IMG/VR virus record: IMGVR_UViG_3300049571_000258
Coordinates: 70,186 to 134,185 of that record
DNA from: a virus
Lineage: Duplodnaviria > Heunggongvirae > Uroviricota > Caudoviricetes
DNA length: 64,000 bases
Reading direction: 5' to 3' (one strand)
The notes below the pieces were generated by a model. That model saw only the letters and a list, made by a program, of their open reading frames with translations, was not told the DNA's origin and made no database searches. Shown here one piece after another: positions 1-10,294 of the stretch (within the stretch, counting starts at the first letter, position 1; each line of letters opens with the position of its first letter). The position numbers and the translations under genes were made by a program.

Positions 1-102
1 GTCGACCTCTACGTTCCACGGGTCGACCCCGAAGCGCCGGAGGAGATCTTGGCGCTGGCGAAGGTCCACGGGGACATCGTCTCCCGCTTCGGCGTCCTCT
101 AA
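1..102 (+). CDS. 3' end of an upstream gene (partial, C-terminal 33 aa)
   Basis: Open frame from window edge to TAA at 100-102; high GC3. Confidence 0.3.
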   Translation, partial: VDLYVPRVDPEAPEEILALAKVHGDIVSRFGVL

Positions 103-158
103 CTAGCCCCGACCGCGCACAAGACGTGTGCGGTCGGGTCCGACGGCGCGTCTAGGCT

Positions 159-449
159 GTGCTGGTGGCCAGGCACATCACAGCGAACGAGGCGCGCGCG
201 GCCTACTCCCCGAAGCTGCGTCGGGACCTCGCACAGGAGGACGTCACGTGTCCAGCGGGTACCGAGGTGGGGGGTTGCGGAGTCCACTGCGGGATCGAAC
301 GGCGCGTCGTGTCCGCAGAACACGAACCTACGTCGCTGCTGCTCTGGTGCTGTGGCTCCTATGTCGACTGCCCGACCTGGCGCGCAGCCAAGCACGCTAC
401 CTGGGCACAGCGGCACAAGCACTTCGTGCGGGAGATCGAGGGTCGCTGA
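159..449 (+). CDS. Cys-rich small hypothetical protein
   Basis: ORF track 159..449; strong GC3 bias; CxxG...C..C...CC...C pattern suggests metal binding. Confidence 0.5.
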   Translation: MLVARHITANEARAAYSPKLRRDLAQEDVTCPAGTEVGGCGVHCGIERRVVSAEHEPTSLLLWCCGSYVDCPTWRAAKHATWAQRHKHFVREIEGR

Positions 450-673
450 TGGTCGACGGCGTTAATCCCGCTGACCTGATCCCGGCTGAGGCTGTCTACC
501 TCACGGATGGCAAGCGCCTTGTCGAGGTGCTGCTACACGAGGAGGACGGCGACGTACGCGTGCACGACTGCCGCGACGCCGATGGGGCGACGTTCTTCCT
601 GATCCAGAGGTCCGAGATGAAGAAGTGGAAGCCGGTCATCCCGGCACGGGAGGCTGTTGATGGCACGGCGTAG
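449..673 (+). CDS. hypothetical protein
   Basis: ATG at 449 overlaps the TGA of the previous gene; in-frame tail of ORF 128..673; good GC3. Confidence 0.45.
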   Translation: MVDGVNPADLIPAEAVYLTDGKRLVEVLLHEEDGDVRVHDCRDADGATFFLIQRSEMKKWKPVIPAREAVDGTA

Positions 674-2729
674 CGGCGGCCTGGTGGGGCGCCTACAGGA
701 GGCCGTCGAGTCGGCCACGGGGATGACGCTGGCTGACCGCAACCAGCTGGAGATCCTGGAGGCAACCTACCGCGACCATCGCACGCTGTCGCGCGACCTG
801 GAGCTTCTGGGCTGGAACGTGCTCGACTACATGTCGGGCAACCCGCAGGAGTTGGACGCCAAGACGCGCCGCGAGTGGGCGCAGAAGGCGCGCAACGTGT
901 GGCTCCAGGACCCGCAGGCGGGCGCCGCCGTCGACCTGATGAACGACTTCGTCTTCGGCCGCGGCGTGCCCAAGCCGCGCGCGAAGGACGAGGACGTCCA
1001 GGAGGTCATCGACGAGGCCTGGGACGACCCCGACAACCGGCTGATCCTCACGAGCTACGAGGCGCAGTGCGCGCTGGGCACAGACCTGTCGCTCCAGTCC
1101 AACCTGTTCCTCCTCATGTTCGAGGCCGAGGACGGCAAGGTCAAGCTCGGCATCCTCAACCACGACGAGGTCGAGAACGTCGTCCGCGACCCGGACTTCC
1201 GCCAGCGCGTCCTCTACTACACCGCGCGCCACCGTCGCCAGGAGTGGGACTTCGAGCACGACCGACCGAAGGTCGACATGGCGAACCTCGACCAGCTGAA
1301 GGTCACCTACTACGAGCACTGGTGCAACGTCGAGCAGGCCGAGGAGGAGGACGCCGACGTCCCGAAGGCCCCGAAGTCGCGCGTCGGCGACGGCAGGGTC
1401 TACCACATCGCGATCAACCGCACCTCGGAGATGGCGTTCGGCGTTCCGACGATGCGGCGCCTGCTGCGCTGGTACTCGGCCTACAACGACTTCATGGCTG
1501 CGCGCGTCGACATGGCGCAGGCGGCGGCGGCGTTCATCATGCGCCGCAAGATCAAGGGCACGTCCAACCAGGTCGCGAGGATGGCGGCCAAGGCGATCTC
1601 GCGCAACTCGGAGTTGGCGGGCTTCACCGGCACTGGCGACTCCCCACCGCAGATGCCCCCGCGCGGCGGCTCGATCCTCACCGAGAACGAGAACGTCTCG
1701 CACGAGAACCTGTCGCTGAACTCCAACGCGGGCGCCGCGGCGCAGGACGCGCAGATGATCCGGGCGAACATCTCGGCGGGCACACGCTTCCCGCAGTCCT
1801 ACTACGGCGACGCCTCCAACTCGAACCTGGCGACAGCGACGTCGCTAGAGCTTCCGGTGCTCAAGGCGGTCGAGGCGCGCCAGGAGGTCTTCGAGGGCGT
1901 CTTCCGGTGGTTCCTGGACCGCGTCATCGAGAACGCCGTCGACTCGGGGCGCATCTCGAAGATGAAGGCCAACGACAAGAAGGAGGGCGAGGGCGGCGGC
2001 GACGACACCGGTCCGTACGGGCCTCCGGCGCTAGAGGATCCCACCGCCGACCTGGAGCAGGCCTACGAGGAGCAGGGCGACGACGAGGACATGGTCGAGC
2101 GCGACTTGGGCTACGACCTCTCGATGCCGTCGCCGCTGAAGCGCACCGCGACGGACCTGTCGACGATCATCTCGACGACGGCCAAGACGTTCGACCCCAA
2201 CGGGACGAACATGGAACTGTCGCGCATGCTGCTCACGATCCTGTTGGGCGAGGCGCTGGAGATCGACGACCCGGCGGGCGCCGTCGAGAAGATCTTCCCG
2301 GAGGGCTACGAGGACCCGATGATGGCGCAGGCGATGGGCGGCGCGGGCGGCTTCGCGCAGGACCCGTCCTTCCCGCAGGCGCCCCCACCACCCCCGACGC
2401 CGCCGGGCGCGCCGGGTGCACCGGAGGCGCAGAACCCGTATGGCGCGCCGGGCATGTCCTCGAACTACCAGAAGAACCAGGGCCAGATCCAGCAGGCGGT
2501 GTTCGTGCCGTCGGGCCGCTTCGGGCAGCCGCTCGTGGCGCCGCGCGAGCCGAACGACGGCGACGTCATCCGCGCGCTCATCGAGGCGCGCCTGTCGGAG
2601 ACGCAGCAGGTCGGCGTCCGCAACCACATCACCGAGGACGAGCAGGCCTTCGAGGAGGAGATCCTGCCCGTCGTCACCGATGTCCTCGCCACCGAGTTGC
2701 ACAGGACATTCCCGGCAGACGCTGACTAG
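657..2729 (+). CDS. phage portal protein (SPP1 gp6-like)
   Basis: 690 aa, the size and composition of a portal; acidic Pro/Gly-rich C-terminus; immediately followed by a MuF-domain gene, the canonical portal-MuF order. Confidence 0.75.
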   Translation: MMARRSGGLVGRLQEAVESATGMTLADRNQLEILEATYRDHRTLSRDLELLGWNVLDYMSGNPQELDAKTRREWAQKARNVWLQDPQAGAAVDLMNDFVFGRGVPKPRAKDEDVQEVIDEAWDDPDNRLILTSYEAQCALGTDLSLQSNLFLLMFEAEDGKVKLGILNHDEVENVVRDPDFRQRVLYYTARHRRQEWDFEHDRPKVDMANLDQLKVTYYEHWCNVEQAEEEDADVPKAPKSRVGDGRVYHIAINRTSEMAFGVPTMRRLLRWYSAYNDFMAARVDMAQAAAAFIMRRKIKGTSNQVARMAAKAISRNSELAGFTGTGDSPPQMPPRGGSILTENENVSHENLSLNSNAGAAAQDAQMIRANISAGTRFPQSYYGDASNSNLATATSLELPVLKAVEARQEVFEGVFRWFLDRVIENAVDSGRISKMKANDKKEGEGGGDDTGPYGPPALEDPTADLEQAYEEQGDDEDMVERDLGYDLSMPSPLKRTATDLSTIISTTAKTFDPNGTNMELSRMLLTILLGEALEIDDPAGAVEKIFPEGYEDPMMAQAMGGAGGFAQDPSFPQAPPPPPTPPGAPGAPEAQNPYGAPGMSSNYQKNQGQIQQAVFVPSGRFGQPLVAPREPNDGDVIRALIEARLSETQQVGVRNHITEDEQAFEEEILPVVTDVLATELHRTFPADAD

Positions 2730-2746
2730 CGCCGTACCATGTTGCT

Positions 2747-5700
2747 GTGCCGACGAAGCGCGCACAGCGTCCGACGGGCGCCTCACGCATCATCGCCGCG
2801 TTCGGCCGGTACTACAAGCGGTCACGCGCAGGCGCGTCTCGGCGCGTCCTGGCGCTCCTGAGGCGCGAGCACCCTGAGCAGTCTCCCGCCGCCCTGCGAG
2901 CGCTGTTGGCGCGTGAGCAGGTCTACGAGGCGGAGTTCCAGCGCAAGATGACGGCGCGTCTGGAACGCGACATCCCGGGGATCCTGGCTCACGACGACCC
3001 GGATCACCGCAACCAGGCGATCGCTGACGTGCTCGCACGCGAGCGTCGGTTCGTCCAGATGCGCGAGCAGGCGATGGCCGAGCGCGCACTGGCCGCCGCC
3101 GAGATCGTGACCCTAGAGAAGATCTCGCCGCAGGGCGCGTTCTGGACGCTCTCGCCAGACGTCCAGAACCACACGCTGGACTGCCTGGCGATGGCCAACC
3201 AGTTCTGGCCCTACGAGGTGCTGCACAACATCCACCCACCACTGCACGTCGGGTGCCAGTGCCGCCTGATCCCGCTGCGCGACGCGATCGCACAGGGCCT
3301 CATGCGCGCCGACCAGATCCCCGACGCCCGCGACGCCGTCGTTCGTGCGCAGGCGGCTATCAAGGCGGCGCAGTCACTGGAGGAGGCCGACGCCAAGGCG
3401 CTGATCGAGGCGGCTTTCGATGATCGCCTGCATCCCCGCGGGCGTGACGGCCGGTTCATCCGCAAGTTCTCCAACCTGATCCACACGAAGCCTCCGGCGC
3501 AGAGCAACGGCGGGCGCTGGACGTGGGTCGCCGGGCATCGCGTCTTCGTGCCGGAGGGCCGCACCTTCCAGCGCACGTTCGGCGGGCGGACGTACGTCTC
3601 TCCGGCGCAGTCGACGAACATCTACGCCGACGGCAAGCTCGTGCCCCCCTCGCGACGCTTCGCCCCATTGACGATGCCGGACGGCAAGCTGGACACCGGC
3701 ACGATCGAGCGCATCCGCTCGGAGGTCGGCGACTTCGCCAAGCCTCCGACGTCGGAGCCGAAGCCGGGTGGTCAGCTGATCGACCACACGTGGGCGAACT
3801 GGGGCGAGTTCCAGCAGGAGACCAACGCGCTGTCGGCTGCACTGGGGCGCGAGTTCCACGTCGATGCGCAGCAGGGCAACGTCGACTTCGACACGAGGAT
3901 GTTCGACCACGCCGGGGCCACGGACTACAGCGGCAACACGACCTTCGGCCCCGACGTCTTCAACACGATCGAGAAGGAAGCGACGCGCCCGACCACGGGC
4001 CTGCCGCCGACCGATCAGGAGTTGGCCGACATCTACAACACGTACCGCGTGCAGGCGCACGAGGTCTCCCATCGAGTCAACTGGGCCAATCACCACGCGT
4101 ACTCGATGCCCGGCGGAGCGGTGCTAGAGGAGGCGCTGTCAGAGGAGGTCGCGCATGCGCTGCTGAAGGCCAACCTCCAGCGCCACGGTCGCGAGGACGT
4201 GTTGCGCTGGGGCGAGCAGCACCCGAACGCTGACGAGGTGCTGGGCACGTACCGCGCCTACCGGCTGGCCCTGAAGACGGCCCTGGACCAGATGGGCGTA
4301 CCGGAGCGCGACCGCATCCCGATCCTGTTCAAGTTGAAGTTCCAGACCGACCCGGAGGATCGTCTCAACGAGATGGTCCGCATCGGGCGCGGCTACCTCG
4401 GCGATGCGGCCCCCGACCTTGACGACCTGCGCGAGACCCTGGACCGCAGCGACTACGACGCGGCGAAGTACCGCTCGATCATTCCGGGCGACACGGGCCT
4501 ACCGGACCCCGGGACGCCGCTGACCGAGCGCTCGCTGGTCACCTCGATGCTCGACGGCGCGCAGCTGCTCTCGCGGCAGCACGCCAACGCGTCGGTCCAC
4601 TTCTCCGGCGTCGACTGGGCGTCACCGGAGATCGAGTACCCCTTCAACGCGCGCTACTTCCCCGGGCGCGGGCGCGTGGAGACCGGCGCGGGGATCTACC
4701 CGGCGATCAAGCGTGCATGGGAGGCCGACCACGGCGGCCCACCGCTGTCTGACGACGAGGCGCGCGATGGGTGGATGGCGCTGGCCAACCTCCAGCACGA
4801 GTTCCAGCATGCGGTCAACCCGACGCCCCAGCTTCAGTACGGCCAGGGTTGGAAGCGCGTCCTGGAGGAGGGCATCAACGAGGAGATCGCTCGGCAGGAG
4901 GCGGTTGCGACGGCGCGGCGCTTGGGCATGCACTCGGTCGTCGGCTGGGCGGAGCGCAACCGCGACGACTTCGCCGTGGCTGGCACCTACCAGTCCTACC
5001 GCCAGGCGGTGCGCCAGGTGCTGGAGGACGCCAAGGTGCCCAAGGAGAACTGGCGCGACCTGCTGTACCGGATGAAGTTCGAGATGACGCAGGACGAGCG
5101 CATGGCGCTGCTGCGCGATCACATGGCCAAGGCCAACGGCTGGGGGCCGGACTATGCGCGCGACCTGACGGCGCTGGCGCTCTCGCGCGGCGACCACCCG
5201 CGCGAACTCAAGATCGACGACTTCGAGCCGATGTTGGGCTGGCCGGAGTCGATCGTCCGGCCGCCGAAGCGCGTGGGTAAGGCCGACCCCGGCACGAAGC
5301 CGCTGGGCGGGAGGCTGACGCCGGAGACCGAGGAGACGTTGAGCAACCCGTCGTGGAGCTTCGAGATCGACCACACGCGCCGCAACGCCTACTACGGGGA
5401 CACGCACGTGCTGCGCGTCGCGCCGCGGTCGACGCCGGGCACGCGCCGCGTCGGCTCCGGCGACGTGTTCACCTACGACACGAAGGTGGCCGACGTCTCG
5501 ATCGAGGACGGTCGCCCGACTCCGGCCTTCAAGGGCGGCGACGGCTGGTCGCTGGATCTGCCCGACGAGCCGCAGCGGGGCATCGTGTTCCGGGGCATGT
5601 CCCACGGCGAGATGGAGACGCTGCGCAAGACCGGGCAGATCCACTCTCGCGGGCGCTTCAACCTCGGTGAGTCGCAGGTCGGTCTGACCTTCTACTCGAC

Positions 5701-6943
5701 GCAGCCCGACGAGGCCGTGGCCTACGCGGGCAACTACGCGCCGTGGCAGTTCCGCCCGACCTTCGATCGCCCAGCCTACCTGGTCGGTGTTCGTCGCCCT
5801 CCGGCGGAGCGCACCCGTCAGACACCCGGCTCGCCCTTCGAGGTCGGCGTGGAGGGCGCGATCCCCGCGTCCGACATCGTCTCGGTGACCGAGGTGCGCC
5901 CGTACGCGATCTCGGACGGCAGGGTGACCGCGGCGCCGGGCACCGAGTACGGGCTGGACACCTCCGACTACGTCATCGGCGGGGCCAAGGCGCCCCGCAC
6001 GTACCTGGCCTACCGGTCGCTGACGCCTTCCGACGTGCTGGAGGAGGCCTACCTAGAGTCCCAGCACCCGCGCTCGCGCACGGGCCAGTGGAAGCAGAAG
6101 AATCAGGGGCACCCGGCGAAGCCGCGCAGGCGCAAGAAGCGCACGGCGCCGAGGGGTCGAGACGGCGGCGCCATCACGCTGACGCCTTCGACGCCAGCCA
6201 CACCCAAGCTGCCGGAGGTCCACCTCCCATCGCTGGCGCCCGAGGTTGCGGCGATCGACGGGCCGGAGGCAATGGACGCCTATCTGGCGTCGTTGGGGAT
6301 CGAGGGCCGCATGTCGCCGACGGAGGGCATCTCGTGGGGTCCGTACTCCGCGGAGTGGTACCAGGAGATCGCACAGGCGGTGCACGACGCCGTTGCCGAG
6401 TTTCCGGTGCTGCGTGAGGGGCCTGTGCCCCTTGGGCTGATCTCGCTGCGCTCGAAGGCCGACGACATCTCGCTGTCGGACGTCTCGCGCGCGAAGGGCA
6501 TCTATGCGGTGACGACGTTCGCGCCCGCCCGCGGCCAGGTTGGCATCGTCTTCAACGACTTGACGGCCCAGTTGAACCAGAGGCACAGCGGGCAGGGCGT
6601 GAGTCCGGCGGGCGTGCTCGACTATGGCTTGGTGATGCACGAGCTTGGCCACGCGGTCGCGGACGCATCGGGCCTGTCGTGGGCGATGGGCAAGGAGGAT
6701 GTCAGCGCGTACGGCACGCGTCTGGCGTCGGCCCTCGATGCGGTGGGCCTGACACCGGATGTTGTCGGCCAGCTGTCGGAGTATGGTGCGACGTCGCCGG
6801 TGGAGGCGTGGGCCGAGATCTTCTCGACGTTGCACACGCCGGGCGCGATGGAGCGGGTGGAGGAGACGAATCCAACCCTCGCCGGGATGCTGCGTAGGCT
6901 TCAGGCAGAGCATGGCACCTACAACGGGTATCGAGTCCTGTGA
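2747..6943 (+). CDS. MuF-domain minor head protein with giant C-terminal extension ending in an HExxH zincin-like domain
   Basis: GTG start. N-terminal ~190 aa ends with the MuF signature ...HVGCQCRL. Carries a LHPRGRDGRF peptide. Internal RG...STQ...E stretch. C-terminus is HELGHAV...EAWAEIF (HExxH plus downstream Glu). Confidence 0.85.
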   Translation: MPTKRAQRPTGASRIIAAFGRYYKRSRAGASRRVLALLRREHPEQSPAALRALLAREQVYEAEFQRKMTARLERDIPGILAHDDPDHRNQAIADVLARERRFVQMREQAMAERALAAAEIVTLEKISPQGAFWTLSPDVQNHTLDCLAMANQFWPYEVLHNIHPPLHVGCQCRLIPLRDAIAQGLMRADQIPDARDAVVRAQAAIKAAQSLEEADAKALIEAAFDDRLHPRGRDGRFIRKFSNLIHTKPPAQSNGGRWTWVAGHRVFVPEGRTFQRTFGGRTYVSPAQSTNIYADGKLVPPSRRFAPLTMPDGKLDTGTIERIRSEVGDFAKPPTSEPKPGGQLIDHTWANWGEFQQETNALSAALGREFHVDAQQGNVDFDTRMFDHAGATDYSGNTTFGPDVFNTIEKEATRPTTGLPPTDQELADIYNTYRVQAHEVSHRVNWANHHAYSMPGGAVLEEALSEEVAHALLKANLQRHGREDVLRWGEQHPNADEVLGTYRAYRLALKTALDQMGVPERDRIPILFKLKFQTDPEDRLNEMVRIGRGYLGDAAPDLDDLRETLDRSDYDAAKYRSIIPGDTGLPDPGTPLTERSLVTSMLDGAQLLSRQHANASVHFSGVDWASPEIEYPFNARYFPGRGRVETGAGIYPAIKRAWEADHGGPPLSDDEARDGWMALANLQHEFQHAVNPTPQLQYGQGWKRVLEEGINEEIARQEAVATARRLGMHSVVGWAERNRDDFAVAGTYQSYRQAVRQVLEDAKVPKENWRDLLYRMKFEMTQDERMALLRDHMAKANGWGPDYARDLTALALSRGDHPRELKIDDFEPMLGWPESIVRPPKRVGKADPGTKPLGGRLTPETEETLSNPSWSFEIDHTRRNAYYGDTHVLRVAPRSTPGTRRVGSGDVFTYDTKVADVSIEDGRPTPAFKGGDGWSLDLPDEPQRGIVFRGMSHGEMETLRKTGQIHSRGRFNLGESQVGLTFYSTQPDEAVAYAGNYAPWQFRPTFDRPAYLVGVRRPPAERTRQTPGSPFEVGVEGAIPASDIVSVTEVRPYAISDGRVTAAPGTEYGLDTSDYVIGGAKAPRTYLAYRSLTPSDVLEEAYLESQHPRSRTGQWKQKNQGHPAKPRRRKKRTAPRGRDGGAITLTPSTPATPKLPEVHLPSLAPEVAAIDGPEAMDAYLASLGIEGRMSPTEGISWGPYSAEWYQEIAQAVHDAVAEFPVLREGPVPLGLISLRSKADDISLSDVSRAKGIYAVTTFAPARGQVGIVFNDLTAQLNQRHSGQGVSPAGVLDYGLVMHELGHAVADASGLSWAMGKEDVSAYGTRLASALDAVGLTPDVVGQLSEYGATSPVEAWAEIFSTLHTPGAMERVEETNPTLAGMLRRLQAEHGTYNGYRVL

Positions 6944-8178
6944 CGACGATCATTGACCCAGCCCTGATCGAACAGGCGAAGCGCGACGCGCGCGAGCGCG
7001 GGCAGACGGGGACGACCTGGGTGCCCGAGCCACTGCCGGGGGTACTCCAGGAGGCCTTCGTGGAGCGTCTGCACCCGCGCGATCGCCTGGGTCGCTGGAT
7101 CGACAAGCCGGGTGAGAAGCGGCCGACGCGGCTCATGTGGGATCTCGCCGCGTCGCTCGAAAAGACCTTCATGACGGGCAGGTTGAACACGGTGAGGGCG
7201 CGCAATGACGACGGCGAGATCGAGACGTTCGAGCACGTCTCGATTGACCCCCCGAGCGGCGCGGCGCTGGCCAAGGTTTGGGGTACCTACGTCAAGGACG
7301 GGCAGGTGCTGAAGACCGGCTGGGACATCGACGAGATCGTCGACCTGACGCCCGAGGAGTCCAAGTCCAAGAGGCCGTCCATCGCCGACATCAAGTTCTC
7401 GCCGGAGGTGCAGAAGATCGCGACCGCGGAGGACGCGAATCGCTATCTGCGTAAGCTGGGCCTGGAGGATGCCGACCTGCGTCCCGGGGATCGCGCCCTG
7501 TCTGACCCATCGCCGTCGTTTTACCGGGGGGTGGTGCAGGCGGTGGCAGACGTCGCCGAGAAGTTCCCGGCGCTCCTCAACGGCAGGTACACCAAGCTGG
7601 GCGGCGTCCGGCTGACGTCGCAGTTCCCGGAGGACAAGCTCGACTCGGGGATCGAGCAGGCGTGGGCGGTCACCGGCCCGCTGCCATCCGATCGCTGGCG
7701 CTGGGACATGGTCGACTACGACCTAGAGGCCGACGGGGAACCACCGCTGCCGCCCGAGGCGATGCAGTACGTCGTCATCAACGACACGGTCCAGACCCAG
7801 TACGGCTTCGACAACGACGACGTCGACATGGCGCGGGGTGCGTCTGGACTTGCGGTCGCCGACCGCACGGTCTATGGGCGCACGGTGCACGAGCTTGGTC
7901 ATGCGCTCGCCTGGGCGTCGGGCCAGGACCCGGAGAACTCAGATGACGAGGCTTGGGGTGGGACGGAGCAGGCTCTCAACGAGGCGCGAGTCCCGATGAG
8001 CGGCATGGCGAAGATCTCCGGCTATGGCACCTCGAATGTGGTCGAGGCGTGGGCCGAGATCTTCACGACGCTCCACACGCCCGGTGCCTACGATTGGGTG
8101 GTGGAGCACGCGCCGGAAACCAAGAAGCCGCTGGACCGCCTGCGCGGGCACAAGTACAAGGGCCAGGTGATCATGTGA
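6940..8178 (+). CDS. HPRDR-motif / HExxH zincin-like protein, paralog 2
   Basis: ERLHPRDRLGRWIDKPG near the N-terminus; C-terminal HELGHALAW...VEAWAEIFTTLHTPGA is alignable to the C-terminus of 2747..6943. Confidence 0.8.
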   Translation: MTTIIDPALIEQAKRDARERGQTGTTWVPEPLPGVLQEAFVERLHPRDRLGRWIDKPGEKRPTRLMWDLAASLEKTFMTGRLNTVRARNDDGEIETFEHVSIDPPSGAALAKVWGTYVKDGQVLKTGWDIDEIVDLTPEESKSKRPSIADIKFSPEVQKIATAEDANRYLRKLGLEDADLRPGDRALSDPSPSFYRGVVQAVADVAEKFPALLNGRYTKLGGVRLTSQFPEDKLDSGIEQAWAVTGPLPSDRWRWDMVDYDLEADGEPPLPPEAMQYVVINDTVQTQYGFDNDDVDMARGASGLAVADRTVYGRTVHELGHALAWASGQDPENSDDEAWGGTEQALNEARVPMSGMAKISGYGTSNVVEAWAEIFTTLHTPGAYDWVVEHAPETKKPLDRLRGHKYKGQVIM

Positions 8179-9230
8179 CCCTGCCGATCAGCGAGGAGCA
8201 GCTGGCGCGTGCGCTGGAGCAGGCGCGCGAGAACGTCGCGCGCGGGTCGTTCCCGAAGGTCAAGAAGTCGCAGCTGCGCGAGTCCTTCGCCGAGCGCCTA
8301 CATCCGCGCGATCGGCTGGGCCGGTTCATCGACAAGCCGAACTTCGATCGCTACGAGACGATCGGCGACATGCTGGCGAAGACCGACTGGCACCAGTACA
8401 TGCCGACGAAGTTCGACCCCGACGTGGAGGCGATCAACTCGCCCGAAGACGCGACAAGGTTCCTTCAGGGTCTCGGCTTCCAGAAGTCCAGCATGACGCC
8501 GCCGGAGGGCTACGACACCCCGTCGGCGCACTGGTATCGCGAGGTCGCACAGGCGGTCAAGGACGCGTCGACGAAGTTCCCGGCGCTCAAGAACGGGGAG
8601 CATCCCCTGGCGGGTGTTGTGATCTTCGACCCCGACCTGATTGATCCTGACGAGTTCGACGACGACGCGCGCGGGGGTGTGTGGGCGTTCACGGGCAGCG
8701 ATCCAGCGGAAGGCCACGTCACCGTGGATAGGGTGAGGGATGGCACATCGGGCCTGTTCGTCGGAATCAACCCGGACGGCGAACCCTATAAGCGGGAGAT
8801 GGACGTCTCCAGCTTCGCGGCCCCGGCGGGCGGTTCGATCTACGGGCGCATGATGCACGAGATGGGCCACGCCGTCTCGCAGGCAAACGGCTTCTCGTTC
8901 GACGAGAAGATCATGCCTCAGGTCTTCAACGGGGTGCCCGAGTTTCGTGAGGGGTACGCCAACATCCTGCGCGACTACGAGTTCAGCCTCACCGACCCGG
9001 AGATCGCAATGTTCACGCTGGCCGACATCCGCCCGTCGGAGTTGGCGGCGGTGTCGAACTACTCGCAGAAGAACCCGGCCGAGGCGTTCGCGGAACTCTT
9101 CACGACCATGAACACGCCACACGGTGCCGACTTCCTCGACCCATCCCTACGCGACCACCTCTTCAAGGCGCGGGACGCGATCAATGCCGCCTGGGAGCGT
9201 CTGCGGCCCGGCAAGGGGGATCTGCTGTGA
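8175..9230 (+). CDS. HPRDR-motif / HExxH zincin-like protein, paralog 3
   Basis: GTG at 8175 in an ATGTGA overlap; ERLHPRDRLGRFIDKPN; C-terminal HEMGHAVSQ...AEAFAELFTTMNTP. Confidence 0.8.
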   Translation: MTLPISEEQLARALEQARENVARGSFPKVKKSQLRESFAERLHPRDRLGRFIDKPNFDRYETIGDMLAKTDWHQYMPTKFDPDVEAINSPEDATRFLQGLGFQKSSMTPPEGYDTPSAHWYREVAQAVKDASTKFPALKNGEHPLAGVVIFDPDLIDPDEFDDDARGGVWAFTGSDPAEGHVTVDRVRDGTSGLFVGINPDGEPYKREMDVSSFAAPAGGSIYGRMMHEMGHAVSQANGFSFDEKIMPQVFNGVPEFREGYANILRDYEFSLTDPEIAMFTLADIRPSELAAVSNYSQKNPAEAFAELFTTMNTPHGADFLDPSLRDHLFKARDAINAAWERLRPGKGDLL

Positions 9231-10294
9231 CCTGGTACAAGCCGAAGACCCCGTTCGAGGTCGCGCCCGATTGGATGTCGTTCCGCGGCAAGACGAAGCG
9301 CCTGCCCGACTTCCCTCATCTCGAAGATGTCCAGGAGGCCTTCGTCGAGCGCCTGCATCCCCGCAATCGTCTCGGCCGGTTCGTCGACAAGCCCGACGTG
9401 CTGGACGTGACCGCGACGCAGTCGACCGGCGCGGCGCACGGGGACCTCACCTTCAAGTACGACGACGACATCGCGAAGATCCACGACGCCAGCACCGCCT
9501 TTCGCGCGCTGATCGACATGGGTCTACCAGCGTCCGACCTGCGCCTCCCCGACGAGGTCGCCCGCGACCGGGGTGAGTCGAGCGACTACTACTGGCCCGC
9601 GCAGCAGCCCGACCCGGACTGGTATCGCCAGATCGTCCAGGCGGTGCGCGATGCGCAGCGCAGGTACCCCGTCCTCAAGGACGGCCCGCGGCCCTTCCGG
9701 GGCGTCATCGTGGCGCAGCCAGAGGACCCGGGTATGGAGACTTTCCGGCGGGCTGGCGATACCACCTGGGCGGTGACCGGACCCGATCCGCACGCCAACG
9801 AGATCGTGGGCTTCGGCCGGGCGGATCGCAACAAGCACGATCCGATCTACGTCACGATCAACCCCGGCGCCGTCGCGCTCGACGCGGCCATGGGCGGCGC
9901 GGGCGACCTGATGCCATCGTCGCGCACGTCGATCTACGGCCGCATGATGCACGAACTCGGACACGCCGTCTCGCAGTCGTCGGGGTTTCTGCTCGGCGAA
10001 GCCGATGGCGAATGGGGCGGTCCGCTGAAGGGGCGTGTCCCCTTCCAGTGGGGCATGCCCGAGATCGAGATGCTGAGCCACACCGACCTCACGCTCGACG
10101 ACGTCGCAGCGATGTCGAAGTATGGCGCCTCGAACGTCGCCGAGGCGTGGGCCGAGACCTTCTCGATGCTCAACACGCCGGGCGCGATGGAGCGCGTCAC
10201 CGACCCGACGATCAAGCAGCACATGCTCGACGCACGCGATACGATCAACAGGCTATGGCAGACAAGGCACCCAGGAACCGGCCCCCTGATGTGA
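9227..10294 (+). CDS. HPRDR-motif / HExxH zincin-like protein, paralog 4
   Basis: GTG in a GTGA overlap; ERLHPRNRLGRFVDKPD; C-terminal HELGHAVSQ...AEAWAETFSMLNTPGAMERV. Confidence 0.8.
   Translation: MTWYKPKTPFEVAPDWMSFRGKTKRLPDFPHLEDVQEAFVERLHPRNRLGRFVDKPDVLDVTATQSTGAAHGDLTFKYDDDIAKIHDASTAFRALIDMGLPASDLRLPDEVARDRGESSDYYWPAQQPDPDWYRQIVQAVRDAQRRYPVLKDGPRPFRGVIVAQPEDPGMETFRRAGDTTWAVTGPDPHANEIVGFGRADRNKHDPIYVTINPGAVALDAAMGGAGDLMPSSRTSIYGRMMHELGHAVSQSSGFLLGEADGEWGGPLKGRVPFQWGMPEIEMLSHTDLTLDDVAAMSKYGASNVAEAWAETFSMLNTPGAMERVTDPTIKQHMLDARDTINRLWQTRHPGTGPLM

Noticed and set aside
128-673. Single 181-aa ORF 128..673
   Set aside because: GC3 bias supports 159..449 in another frame plus a separate ATG 449..673 gene. 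The 5' part of 128..673 overlaps 159..449 out of frame and looks non-coding.
693-1703. Long minus-strand ORFs throughout the window (for example 693..1703, 2031..2786, 4622..5644, 42859..43953, 50042..52429, 52469..54412)
   Set aside because: Antisense to strongly codon-biased + strand genes. Open only because ~70% GC suppresses stop codons. They are Arg/Ala/Gly/Pro-rich junk translations with no RBS or promoter context. Only 42464..42862 (minus) has promoter, start codon and codon-bias support.
7953-8178. Upstream ATG (7953) as the start of zincin paralog 3
   Set aside because: It would overlap the preceding gene by 225 nt in another frame. GTG 8175 in the ATGTGA overlap matches the coupling pattern used throughout the region.
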